This document shows positions 38,622 to 51,020 of a stretch of DNA of 64,000 nt, piece by piece. Within the stretch, counting starts at the first letter, position 1, and the number at the start of each line of letters is the position of its first letter. The DNA comes from Azolla caroliniana (lineage: Eukaryota > Plantae > Polypodiophyta), in the NCBI GenBank assembly GCA_043228905.1, contig JBHGNT010000003.1, positions 2,232,001 to 2,296,000 of the forward strand, in the 5' to 3' direction. The translations under genes were made by a program, and so were the position numbers. A model generated the notes under the pieces. That model was given only the letters and a program-made list of their open reading frames with translations, was not told the origin of the DNA and searched no databases.

Positions 38622-39339
38622 TTTAGATGTAAGGCTGATTTATTTCTTTGTTGAAATTCTATTAAACTTCTTCTTCTTCGGTGGGCACAAACTTGATGCT
38701 TTCTTCTTGATGTCAAGTCAAGTAGCAGCCCTAGTCTCTTCTTGCAGGAGATCAGAATTGAGAGAAAAATGAGAGACAGAGACAGAAAGAGATGAAGATA
38801 AGAATGCCATAATCATGCCATTTTATAGAGAGCAAAGTCAACACCTTTCAGTAATGGTTCCATTCTTTAGATCAAGGAATATGAGAGTTATAATTAAGTA
38901 ATTATAGTCAATCTCCCTCTTTCCCTCTCATTGATTTAATGGGGAAATAATAAATCATTAGGCATAATCTTAGAAATTCTCAGACTATGATTATAAAATC
39001 CCGCCATAGTTTAATCTAACTTCAATTCCATATTAGGAAATATAGGCAAAATCAATTGTGATTAATTTATTTATAATTCAAATGTGTAGAAAGTTTGAAA
39101 GTGACCTATTACTGGATTATTGACCTCTAAGCAACTCCTACAATATATATCATAGAAAAACACTGTGTGCCACAAAATCATGATTTGAGAATATGTTGTT
39201 ATGTAATCTGTGAGTCAAAACTTGTAACAAAATGTTTATGCCTCACACATATCATAATTTGGGAAGATGGAAACTTGAAATATTGGAGACTTTGTTACAA
39301 TTAACAAAAGTCATGTTATAGTTTATTTTAAGTTCATTT

Positions 39340-39545
39340 ATATGGACATTCCAAATTCCAAATGAGATGATTAGTTGGGCATTTAATGAACCTATGTGTA
39401 TTGTCCTCCATTGAAATGGCACAAAAGAAGCATGTACTTGACCCTTGTCCATTGTCTGCCTAAGTTTGAGCCAAAATACCTTGGATTTCCATATAAATAC
39501 CTTGGCATGAAATGGCAAATGGGATGACCACCGCATTCCACTAAC
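39340..39545 (-). mobile_element. Degenerate LINE zf-RVT fragment
   Basis: Minus-strand reading WSSHLPFHAKVFIWK ... TCFFCAISMEDNTHRFIKC.TNHLIWN. Confidence 0.6.
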
Positions 39546-42374
39546 CATGGGGATGTATGTTAGAACCATGGTGTTATCCTCGTCTTTTTCGTTCTTCTGA
39601 ATAACTATGGCTTTTCTCCTAGCACATGAACAAGAGTTGAATAATTTTCGTGCTTATTTCCTCTCAAATAATTACACCGTATGTAAACAACAATAATTTG
39701 TTGAAACATCAAAAGTTCCTTATGTGTTGGATAAAGGCATTACTTCCCCATTGTGGCTCACACACTTAACATTTTTCAAGGATTTTAGAATGTCTTGTTT
39801 TATCCCATCATAGTCATCGCAATGACCCAATCTAAATGTGAGCACTAAACATCAAATTGATGAGAAACAAGAGTTACATGTTAATGGTAAAATAGAAAAC
39901 TTCCATCCTTGACTCTTAATTCTTTTCTTTTTCATGATCTTGACTAAGTTTTTGAGTAGGTAGCTACTAGGAAAGAGTTATGTACATAAAGCCAACAATC
40001 ATGGTAGTCAAGGATCATGCCAAGGGATACTGATTAAACTAGTGAATATGTTACAATGACAAATCTGTCATGATCTGATGGGTCACTATGAGATGTTTTG
40101 ATCATGAAATGGTGTTATTGTCATCATTGTGGTGTTACCATTGATGGATATTTGAGACTTCACAAAAGTATGTTGTGTGTGTAACTAATTGGCATCTTTG
40201 ATGGGATTTAGGCTCAAAATTGTTGTCGCTTTCTATAAAGTCATGGTTTCCACGGAGATTCCTTTGTTCATCCTATTAATAGATTCCTTTGTTTTTGCCA
40301 CTTAGATTCTAAAGCTATGCTTTCATATTAGAGGATGATCAAGATGTGGCGCTACATTAAAAATATAAACTTGTCATATTCTTATTAATGTTGCGTACTT
40401 TTCAATGCCCCGTATTTCTTGTCATTGCCATTTCCTCTCTGACATGATTGTTGCCCATCAGGAAGGAACAAGTCCTATCCGTTACTTGTATATATTTTAA
40501 AGGTTAAATGTTTCAGAAAGCCAACAAGTATCCCTTTTCCTAATGTTGGGGATCTCAAAAAGACCCAAAGTCAAAAAGCGCAAGAATTCAATGAATGAAG
40601 ACATTATAATCAAACGTTACATACCCACATTCGCCTCAAGAGTCATTCCTGACAGACCCCCATGATCTTGACAACCATTATTGAGAATGTTTGATCAATT
40701 CTAATATTATCCAAACACTAATTAGCCAAGTTGGGCCCAACTGAAGCATCCATATTGAAGACAATGTGATTAATTAGACTACAGCAATTAACATTACGAT
40801 TTAACATTTCACAACTCTGATCAGAAAGTAGGTATCAAACTAACATGAATAGTTTGAGAAGAACAGACGTAGAATTGAATCCTCGATCATTCGCATGGCG
40901 TAATTATTTGAGAGGAAATAATCTTGAAAGTGACGGAAACCTCTTGTACATGACATTAACGGTCACAGGAAAATTGCCAGTTAACAATAACAATTAACAA
41001 CTTTATAGAATGTATGTGTACTTTAACAATAACAATAACAATTTCTGGTAGCCTTCAGTAAAAACAGAGCAAATATCAGTAGTCAATCTTTATGCAATGC
41101 GTTTGGTTTTAATTATATTGGAGGATTCAAGACATATGAAAGAATGGGGTTTTATATATACTTTGAAAGAAATAGACTTCAGACTCCAACAAAATGTGTG
41201 ATCTGATCTGATTTGATTTAACTGACAGAATAGCACGGAAAAGATTTTGGAAGCAGAGTTTTCAGCCTCGTGACAGAGCTGGGAAAAGCTCGTAGGAGGC
41301 TTGTCACAGGAAAATCAATGGCTCCATTTCAAAGGAGTGGAAACCTGTGTGAAGAAATCCTTGTTATTGGTTTCATGAGGCCATGGGAGATGAAATAACT
41401 TCAATTTTGTTCCATTCTTTTTGCTTTTTGCTTTCTGTTTCCTTTTCTCATTTAGATCATAGATTTCTCTCGCTTGAATTCAGTAAACCTAGCGACATTC
41501 ACTAACATGATTGTTGGCTCCACATACACCTACTCACAGATGGAAGAACTTGGTCTCAAAAACTCAAGTCATGATCATGAAAAAAGGAAGTTCAGTTCTC
41601 GGAACCAAGAAACTAGGGCGACAATATAGATCCTCCCTGAAGCCACTTTCTGAATGGTACAAGAACTGATTAAGAAAGCGAATGGAGTACATATCTGCTT
41701 TTTAAGGAAAATGGCATGATTCTTGGCTTCACACACATGGTTTCCGTAGTTACTTACTAGTACTAATTTCAAACATTTAATTAGGATTGAATGCCTCTGA
41801 TTTTTCTCAAATCATTTGTGTTTGGTTTGAGAAATTTTCATCGGTTGTTGGAACTTGGCTCCCTTGGTTTCTTTTTTAAAAAATTTTGAGCATTAGGTAT
41901 CTTAAAATTCCTACTCTGGTTTCTCTTTCGCTTTTTGAGCATGAGGGGTCATTGGCATGTCTTGCTTGTATCAGTATGTGTGAATTTTGTGAACGTAAAG
42001 GGCATTGACGGATGTACAGAATAGTGGTATTTATCCTCTTCTTCCTTCTGCCTTCGATATAAAGCTATGGCTTTTCTTCTGGTAAATGTACAAGAAGAAT
42101 CCGTTATTTTCATACTTAGTTGCTTTCAAACAATTACACCATGCAAACCATTGCGGAGCCATTTCATCCCCATTTCTTTTCAAATTATTCCTGCTAATAA
42201 TGGAGACCTTATTCATATCACCATACAGTGTGAGGGCAAGAAACCATGGATGCATGAAATGGGAAGAGGTACTTAATGTGAATGACCTTAATCTACAACA
42301 AAGTATCAAATTAGTACATACAGAAGAAGAAGGTAAAGAGATGGGGTGACAATATATTCAATAAGGAGATCAAT

Positions 42375-42592
42375 CCTGCAAATAGCATATTCGACCATGT
42401 TTTTATGAGTCCATATGACTCCTATTCGTTGTCACTACAAATGGGAAAATAACAGAAATAACATACAATGAAATCCCAAAGGAATGAAAAGTAACAGAAA
42501 TAACGAAGCTTCTTAATTTTTGCCCTACGGTTTCATGAAGGTTCGGTCATCAAATTAGGACTAAAATTGGTAATAGCCTGCGATTGTACTCT
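42375..42592 (-). pseudogene. Orphan 3' end and 3' flank of a DUF247 gene
   Basis: taatagcctgcgattgt (YTIAGYY) matches locus 8 at 37304-37320; the flank matches 37070-37200 and 31860-31940. Confidence 0.65.
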
Positions 42593-43548
42593 GGTAAATA
42601 GTTTTCGTTTTTCATGTATTAATGCAAATTGAGTAATTCTCGCAATGAAGTACTGAGGCAAAATTTCTTCTTCTTCCTCTTCTTCTTAATAAGAGACATT
42701 AGCAAGAAGACTATATATAAGGTGAAAGAAGTAATAAAACACAAGAAGGAGAGAGGTAGAGAGAATTGGACAGAGATGATAAGACAATTTCTGTAAAAGA
42801 AAAGCGATATATTTCATTATGTCAAAACAACACTTTATATACATTCTCATAAAGAAAACACTTAAAGACGCAACTCATCCATTCTTGTATTTTCTGTAAC
42901 GCTTACGATTTTCTACATAGATATTTAAATTATATCTTTAACAAAGACGACAGTCTTTGCATATAGTAGTAGTCTGTAGACAAGATAGGAGGAGCATCTA
43001 GTAGAAAGTTTCCTCTAATTTCACGAGCATTGAATTCTTCCACAAATTCTTGCTTTTCATGAGCAATTATTGACTATTCACAAAGGAAGTTGTTGATAGG
43101 TAGTCAAATTCCCCATGTAGTTTCTGCAGAAAATTGCATAAAATTCAAAGGAATTCTGATTCCAGTTTGGGTGGACCCAAGGCAAACTATTGATTCAAGT
43201 AATTTCCTAGAACTCCTAAGCACTTTGCGCGTGTTCAAACCTTTATAATAAGGAGATTTAGCTTTGCTATGTATTCGATCATAGAGTTTACTTGATCTTG
43301 CTCCTCAACACCCACCCACTTGTCTCAAAATTGTCTCTCTGCATACATATGATTCTAGACATTCTTATTTCCTTCTCTCCCTCTCTCTCACACACACACA
43401 CATTTTTCTCTCTATTTTTATCTCCTGCAAGGAGGGAAAGAAAGAATCAGGTTTGTGCCCACAGAAGAAGTCTGAAGAGGGTTTAAGAGAACATCAACAA
43501 GGAAATCAATCTTACAGTTCGATCAGCGGGTTGAAATCAAAACTTCAA

Positions 43549-45496
43549 ATGGATAAAGTCGATAACTACATTATGTCGACATTGGAATCAATAATTCCAT
43601 CGAATGAAGTAGCTATTGAAGTATTCATCTCGCCACGGGATGGCCACAGACATGAATTTCCTTCTGTCAATGCTGGTATAGATGTGTCTCATGAAAGTTC
43701 GAAGATTTCAAGGCCTCCCCAAGCATTATTGGATGTCAAGACACAGTCATATTCCCCTCAGGTCCTGACCCTTGGACCGTTGTATCATATGCTTGATGGG
43801 AGTCGTTCTTTTGATCATTATAAGGCACCGTGTGTGGACGCATTCATGAGAAGACATAGGATATCAGATAAGGAAGAGCTCATGCGACGCCTCAACTATG
43901 AGCCTCTTCACATGCATTATTCAAGCCTCCCTGAAAATACTTCCAATTCCGTCGAGCTTTTGGTCATCGAAGATACCATCTTCATTCATGAATTGTTGCT
44001 GTTTCTGTTGAATCAGCTGTAACCCCAACACAAGGAACACGGCCGCTTCCCTACACTCTGCAACAATGAGCTCACATACAAACAAGTATGGAGGGACTTG
44101 TTCTTGATGGGAAACCAAATTCCCATGTCGTTTCTGAAGAAACTGATCCAAGAGTTTCCAAGCTTCAAACTGGATGAACTCCAGGAAGCTTTAGCTGATG
44201 TTGTTAAAAGAATTGATCCATTCCCTATCCACCAATCTCAGCGCGAGAAATTCGAAACTCCAGAGTTTCTCCATTGTAATCATCTACTTGACTGCCTATA
44301 TGTTTTGGCCACCCGAAAGCCGTTCGAAGAGAGTAGGAGACAAGCAATCAATCCACTTATATTCCCACAACAAGCAGATCGCACGACAACTCATCTTCCA
44401 CAGCAATTCAACTCTCTAGAGTGGGCATCAGTTTTAGAGCTATTGAAGGTAGCATATCAGTGATGAAATACGACAAGCAAAACCTTCGGTTTGATCTTCC
44501 AGGACTTCTCGTGGAAGATAGCACGGCGGATGTGTTGAAGAATTAGACAGCCTTGGCAATACTGGTGGTGAGTTCTCTATGTATGTACTCACCATGTATT
44601 CCCTTATCAAGACCCAAGAAGACCTATCAATCTTGAGCAAGGCGCTGGTGATAGACAACAAGCTTGGAAGCAATGAAAGGCTGGTTCAGATGTGGAATAC
44701 CATGCCCAAGAGTGTCGTGATTCAATGTCCCGAAAGATGGGATGAGATGACAAGTGATGTAATAGAGCACTATGGGAGACGTAGGCGACATGATTTCCGA
44801 GGTGCTGGTGCACGGAGACCATGGGATGACGACAGACATGAAGTTTCTTATGTCTATGCTGGTTCCACGGAGAGTTCGATGATATCGAAGCCTCACCAAG
44901 CAATGTTGGAGGTGAATCCAGGGTCATATTCCCCTCAGATCCTGATCATCGGACCATTCTATCAAATGCTTAATGGGAGTTGCTCTTTTGATCAGTATAA
45001 GGCTCCATGTGTGGACGGATTCATGCGAAGGCATAGGATATCAGATAAGGATGACCTCGTGCGACGTCTCAACTATGATCCTCTTCACAAGCATTATTTA
45101 AGCCTCCCCCAATGTAGCTCCAATTCCCTCGAGCTTTTGGTCACTGAAGACACCATCTTCATCCATGAATTCTTTCTGTATCTGTGGAATAAGTTGCAAT
45201 GCCAACACAAGGAACACGACCACTTGCCTACACTCTCCAACAATGACCTCACATACAACCAAGTATGGAGGGACATGTTCTTGATGGGCAACCAAATTCC
45301 CATGTTGTATCTAGAGAAGCTGATTGAAGAGTTTCCAAACCCACCAAACTTAGAAATGGATGAAATCGAGGACGTATTGGCTAATGTTGTCAAAAGAATT
45401 GATCCATTCCCTATCCACCAATCTAAGCACAAGCTATTTGAAATTCCAGAGTTTCTCAATTGCAAACATCTACTTGATTGCCTATATGTTTGGGTC
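43549..45496 (+). pseudogene. Two-domain (head-to-tail) DUF247 locus 9, disrupted and truncated by the copia insertion
   Basis: Domain 1 has a stop at 44020-44022 and frameshifts near 44400 and 44545. ORF 44579-45511 runs from the end of domain 1 through a linker into domain 2 and is cut at CLYVWV by the LTR. Confidence 0.85.
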
Positions 45497-45755
45497 TGTG
45501 GAAATATTTAATCTAAATATTATATTATTAATAATAATATTATTATTATTAAAATAAGTAATTACGAAGAGTTATTTACAATTAAACTTTAGAGAAAACT
45601 CTTCATTGAAGAGACATAACTTTTTGTCCATCGGCTCTACAAACAAGCCATTTGGCTAATGTAACATCATACAATTAATATAGAACAAATTATGTATGTG
45701 CGATCTCTCTCTCTCTAGCAATCATTCTCTATTTGTATAGTTGTCGAATTCTACA
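45497..45755 (+). repeat. Copia 5' LTR
   Basis: Matches 63781-64000 and is followed directly by the PBS. Confidence 0.92.
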
Positions 45756-45869
45756 TGGTATCAGATTTACAGATTTCTGCATCTCTCAAATAAGACTAGA
45801 GAATCCCAGGAGCGTTGATCGATTTGTCATCAAGACGAGCGCTAAGCCGGATAGCCCTCTTCCATAAAA

Positions 45870-48525
45870 ATGGCACAATCCTCAACTCCTGCCAACATTC
45901 TCAACACACATAAACTTTCATTAGTAAAGTTATCAAAGCAAAATTATCGCATTTGGAGTGCTCGACTCGAATTATTATTTCAACACTACAAACTTTGGGA
46001 TGTAGTGTCAGGATTATAAAAAAAAACCCGATCTCCCCGGACCTGACCAAGTTACTTGGGAAGAGAAAGATCTTGTGGCAAAGATGGAATTATTAGCACA
46101 TATATCAGATGTTCAAGGAGAAGTGGTTAGAAAGTTACAAACTTCGCATCAAATTTGGGAGAAATTAAAGACACAATACGAACCAAAGACGGATGCAGCA
46201 CAAGTGCACACACTACGTGCATATGTCACATTTACAATGAAAGAAGATGATGATGTAGATAATTTTCTAACAAATTGGGAAAAGAAATTGGATGACACAA
46301 TCACATCTGGCTTGGACATCTCCGACAAACTACAAAGATGTTTATTATTAGGCGCTTTACCCTCTTCTTGGTCATCTTTTGTGACTACACAAAATTTAAA
46401 TAAAAAAGCCACTGTGGAAGATCTCATGGGAGACATAAGACAAGAAGACTCGATGAGAAAGACAAGAGAAGAAAACACATCAACCCAAGCAATCGCTATG
46501 GCAGCCTATCGACCTCATTACAAACCACAAGCAAGATACAAGAGTTTCAAGAGTCAGTGGACTAATGTACCTATGACTAAAGGAGGAATGAAGTTCACTA
46601 AGTCTTATTGTAACATTTGCAAAAGACCAGGCCACACACCACAAGAATGTAAGGCAAAACAAAAGTCTATTCGAAGATTCCCAAGCAACATTCGTCGACC
46701 ACAAGCGTACATTGTAGAAGAATTCGAGGAAGAGAGAAATGGTGAAGAAGAAGAAGAAGAAGAAGAAGAGGTTTATGTTGCCTCAATGGAGGAAAAGGAT
46801 GAATATGAAGAAGAAGATTACAACGACTTGATGCAAGCTTTTGTGGCTGAAACACTTGTAGCGGATATACCAACGAAGAAGGATGACAAATGGTATCTCG
46901 ACATTGGAGCGACAAACCACCTCACACATCGATCAGATTGGCTTCAAAGGTACACACGCCTACAAAATCCAATAACTGTTAGATTTGGAAATAATGGAGT
47001 AAAACAAGCACTAGGCAAAGGACAACTTACTTTTCATCTTCCGGGAGGAGGAAACTTCACCATAAATGATGTGTACCACATGCCTGGTATCACCAAGAAC
47101 CTTCTCTTGATAAGTCAAGCAATTTCCAATCGAACCGTCATCGAGTTCCATCATAATCAAGCCGTGATTCGTCATCTTCTACCAAATGGTCTCACGATAT
47201 GAACTTCCTGCAAAAGACAAGCAGGGTTATATCCAATTAGTGTACATCCAACAACCCAATCAAAAACTAAAGTTCATACAACCGAAATCGACAGACAACA
47301 AGAACTCACCTTACTTTGGCACTATCGACTCGGACACCCACACCTTGCTGCAATGCGAACACTTCAAATTCACAAGCTCGCTCAAGGAGTCCCAAAGGAC
47401 ATGTTTTCCAAAATGGACCTATGTGAGGCGTGCTTGTTCGGCAAAATGGCATCATCAAAATTTCCTACAAGTAACTCACGAAGAAGTCGACCACTTGAAC
47501 TTGTCCATAGTGACATATGCAGTCCATTCACAACTCAATCACTTTTTAAATCAAAATATTTCATTAGTTTCATCGATGATTATACAAGGTTTACTATACT
47601 AACATTCCTCAAAAGTAAAGATCAAGCTTTCACAACTTTTACAAATTATAAAGCACTAACATAAAAACAACTAAATCTACAATTGAAATGTCTACAATCT
47701 GACGGGGGAGGAGAATATACATCTAACAACTTTACAAAATTTTGTAAAGACCATGGAATTTTACAACGAATTTCTGTCCCTTTGACACCACAACAAAATG
47801 GTCTAGCCGAACGAAAAAATCGAACACTACTTAGTTCGGCCCGGAGCATGTTGAACCCCGCATCACTTTCGCCCTCATTTTGGGAAGAAGTTGTCGCAAC
47901 AGCATGTTATCTCCAAAATCGTAACTATCATCGAACACTTGGGTTAATCACACCATACGAGTTATGGTTTGGAGTAAAACCAAATATGCAAGATCTCAAA
48001 ATCTTTGGTTGTCGCAACAACATGTTATCTCCAAAATCTAACTATCATCGAACACTTGGGTTAATCACACCATACGAGTTATGGTTTGGGGTAAAACCAA
48101 ATATGCAAGATCTCAAAATCTTTGGTTGTCGCAACAACATGTTATCTCCAAAATCTAACTATCATCGAACACTTGGGTTAATCACACCATACGAGTTATG
48201 GTTTGGAGTAAAACCAAATATGCAAGATCTCAAAATCTTTGGTTGTCGCAACAACATGTTACCTCCAAAATCTAACTATCATCGAACACTTGGGTTAATC
48301 ACACCATACGAGTTATGGTTTGGAGTAAAACCAAATATGCAAGATCTCAAAATCTTTGGTTGCCTTGCTTACGCCTTTGTTCCTGACGAAAAACGATCCA
48401 AGTTAGAACAAAGAGCAAGAAAAGCGATTTTCGTTGGGTACGAAGATGCAAACGGCTACAAGGCTTACCGTTTATTTGATCCAACCAAGAAAACCTTTTT
48501 TTTACAGTCGTACTGTGAAATTTGA
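45870..48525 (+). pseudogene. Copia gag, protease, GAG-pre-integrase and integrase (stops and frameshifts)
   Basis: NYRIWS..LWDVV, CNICKRPGHTPQEC, WYLDIGATNH, CEAC..GK, LVHSDIC, QSDGGGEY, PQQNGLAERKNRTL. Confidence 0.9.
47890..48362 (+). repeat. 117/118-bp tandem repeat, 4 copies, inside the copia integrase
   Basis: aactatcatcgaacac begins at 47923, 48040, 48157 and 48274; the peptide NYHRTLGLITPYELWFGVKPNMQDLKIFGC occurs 4 times. Confidence 0.95.
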
Positions 48526-48639
48526 TGAGTCGCCCTTTCTTGAATCCACGACACCAAGACATAACCTAAAAAAATGATATTCGCGAAGGAGACGAACAAT
48601 TAGAAGATGATGATGCCATCGTTTGCCAATCTCATAACA

Positions 48640-49085
48640 ACGATGTCGTTGATGTATGCCGCTCTCTGAACAGCACTGTCGCCGCCACCTCCCGCCAACA
48701 GAAAATTGGTGATGACCGCTGCTTCCCAACCACCGCTGCCTGCCGCCAACAGAAAACTTCTGTTGCTGACGATCGCAGCCTCTCAACCAGTGCCGCCGCC
48801 GCCACCGCCTGCCAACAGAGTAGAAACTCGTTGCTGATGACCGTCGTCTCTCAACCAGAGCCGTTGCTGCCGCTGCCGCCACAGTCTGCCGCCAACAGAA
48901 AACTGCTGTAGTTGATGATCGCCACCTCCCATATAGCACCACCGCCGATGCCGCCTCTTTCTATCAACACAACATTGCTGATCACAATCGCCGCCCTTGT
49001 CACCGACTAAAGAATCCTGATGCCGTTGCAATCGCCGCCAGCAATCGATTGAAAACAGCCACAAATATCGTTGCCGCCTCTCAAT
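48640..49085. repeat. GC-rich degenerate gccgcc/gccaacagaaaa repeats in the copia INT-RT spacer
   Basis: Recurrent ccgccaacagaaaa and gccgccgcc units. Confidence 0.6.
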
Positions 49086-50240
49086 CTGATAACGTCCTCG
49101 ATGTTGTCGATTATTATGTGGTAATCCCTCATCCTTATATTCGTGTTGATCAGCCCATTGCACCTCCTCCGATGTCTCCTGCACATCTACCACTTGAATC
49201 TCCTTTTGGTAGTGGTTTCACACCGTCTAACTCTACACACTATAATGACCTCACAAACACATCCTCTCCATCAATCATGTCTTCACCACACTTACATACA
49301 ATTAACACTTCACCAATCTCTTTATCAAATTTCTCGACCTCTAATCACCAAACCCTTGAAAGCCCTCAAACCCATCAAATCATTCCGTCATTTCATCTTG
49401 ATTTACCCGACACCACTAGTGATTTATCAATCAACTCAAATTCACAATCCTCGCAAGACTTTCCAAACCCATATGATAACGACTCACCACCTCGCCGTAC
49501 GCGCTCCTTCTCCGATATCTATAAGGAACTCGACCAATTCGAGGCACACTTTGTGGACCTCGATATAGACGCTCTCATAATGGAAGAAGATCCGAATACG
49601 ACAAATGAATTGATTATTACCATTAGAGAAGCGTTATCTGGTACCGATGGCCCTAAATGGAGAGCTGCCATGGAAGAAGAGATGACAGCCTTATTAAAGA
49701 ACAAAACTTGGAGCCTTGTCGATCCACCACCTAATCGACAAATTGTTAGTTGTAAGTGGGTTCTTCGAAAGAAGACCGATGCTAATGGAAATATTGTACG
49801 TTTCAAAGCTCGTCTCGTAGCTCGTGGGTTTTCACAAATTCCTGGAATCGACTTCAAAGATACATTTAGCCCTACATTGCGAAGTATCATATTTCGCATT
49901 TTTGTCTCTCTCGCCGTCGAACTTGATTTGGAACTCCACCACTTAGATGTTCAAACCGCTTTCCTTCACGGAGAACTTGAAGAAGAGATCTATATGCAAC
50001 AACCACCGCATTTTGAAGATTCAACTCGACCAAACGCTGTATGTCACCTACATCGATCCTTATATGGTCTACGACAATCTACACAAGTTTGGTATCATCG
50101 ACTTCATAATTTTCTAACTAACAATGGTTATAAAAGATTAAAGAATGAACCAAATGTATACATTAAAAGATCTAAAAATAATTTCATCATAATTGGTGTT
50201 TATGTCGACGACTTACCTCTATTTGCCAACTCACTAACGT
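49049..50240 (+). pseudogene. Copia reverse transcriptase, 5' part (continues at 53390)
   Basis: W..AM.EE, CKWV, RFKARLVARGF, LDVQTAFLHG, SLYGLRQS, YVDD. Confidence 0.92.
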
Positions 50241-50352
50241 TGTCGTAGTGTATTTCGTACACTACGTGAAAAAGTAAAAATAATATAACCGATTTAATTA
50301 CATATAAATAAATAAAATAATATATCAAGATATTTATCACGTGCATAGGGCA

Positions 50353-50406
50353 AGATTTGAACCTTGTACCTCCACGTAGCCAAACCTCAACTTTACCATT
50401 ATGCTA
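50353..50406 (-). promoter_or_regulatory. tRNA-like Pol III A-box/B-box cassette in the element A LTR (second copy 52735-52788)
   Basis: Minus strand TAGCATAATGG - 32 nt - GGTTCAAATCT. Confidence 0.55.
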
Positions 50407-51020
50407 CCTTATCTTTAGTGTTTTATAAATAGATTTAATAACTATAAGTGCTTTATTTGCGCCTACCTTTATTAAAAGGTAAATCATGTATTTTTAGAGT
50501 GCGTGAATATTTTATAGAAAAACGCAAGCGACTAAAAAGTGACTCATGCACATCTAGCGTGCATGAGCACTATATTTAGCAAATAAAAGCAAGGATTAGA
50601 AAAGCATCACATGCACATTTAGTGTGCATGAACATATTAGAAAAAAAAGCATGTAGCTATGCTTAGTCTCTCCCATCACTACATAAGGATGGGGAGCACA
50701 ATGTAATAGGTGTGTGAAAAATATTTGGAAACTGGATATGTTTCTAAAAAAACACCAATTAATAAACTATACTCGTGGGATTCACGAGAATTCTATATCA
50801 TTCTCTTTCAACCGAAGTTTATATTCTTATATTCATATTGATTAATCTAATACAATACACTCGTGGGATTCACGAGTTTGCTATAACTCTTTCTTACAAC
50901 ATATTTATATTCTTATTAGCCTTAAAACTCTCCTCTTCCTAGTCCAAAACCTCGGCGGTTCCCACCCGACTCACGCAACGATCCAGAGCCGAAAGGCACG
51001 ACACAGTTGGTGAACCCGAC

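Noticed and set aside
41225-41400. Exon-like GC-richer segment after an intron-like tract
   Set aside because: All forward frames contain stops and I cannot recognise a product.
47890-48362. CRISPR-like regular array
   Set aside because: The units are contiguous and near-identical with no unique spacers; it is a tandem duplication of integrase sequence in eukaryotic DNA.
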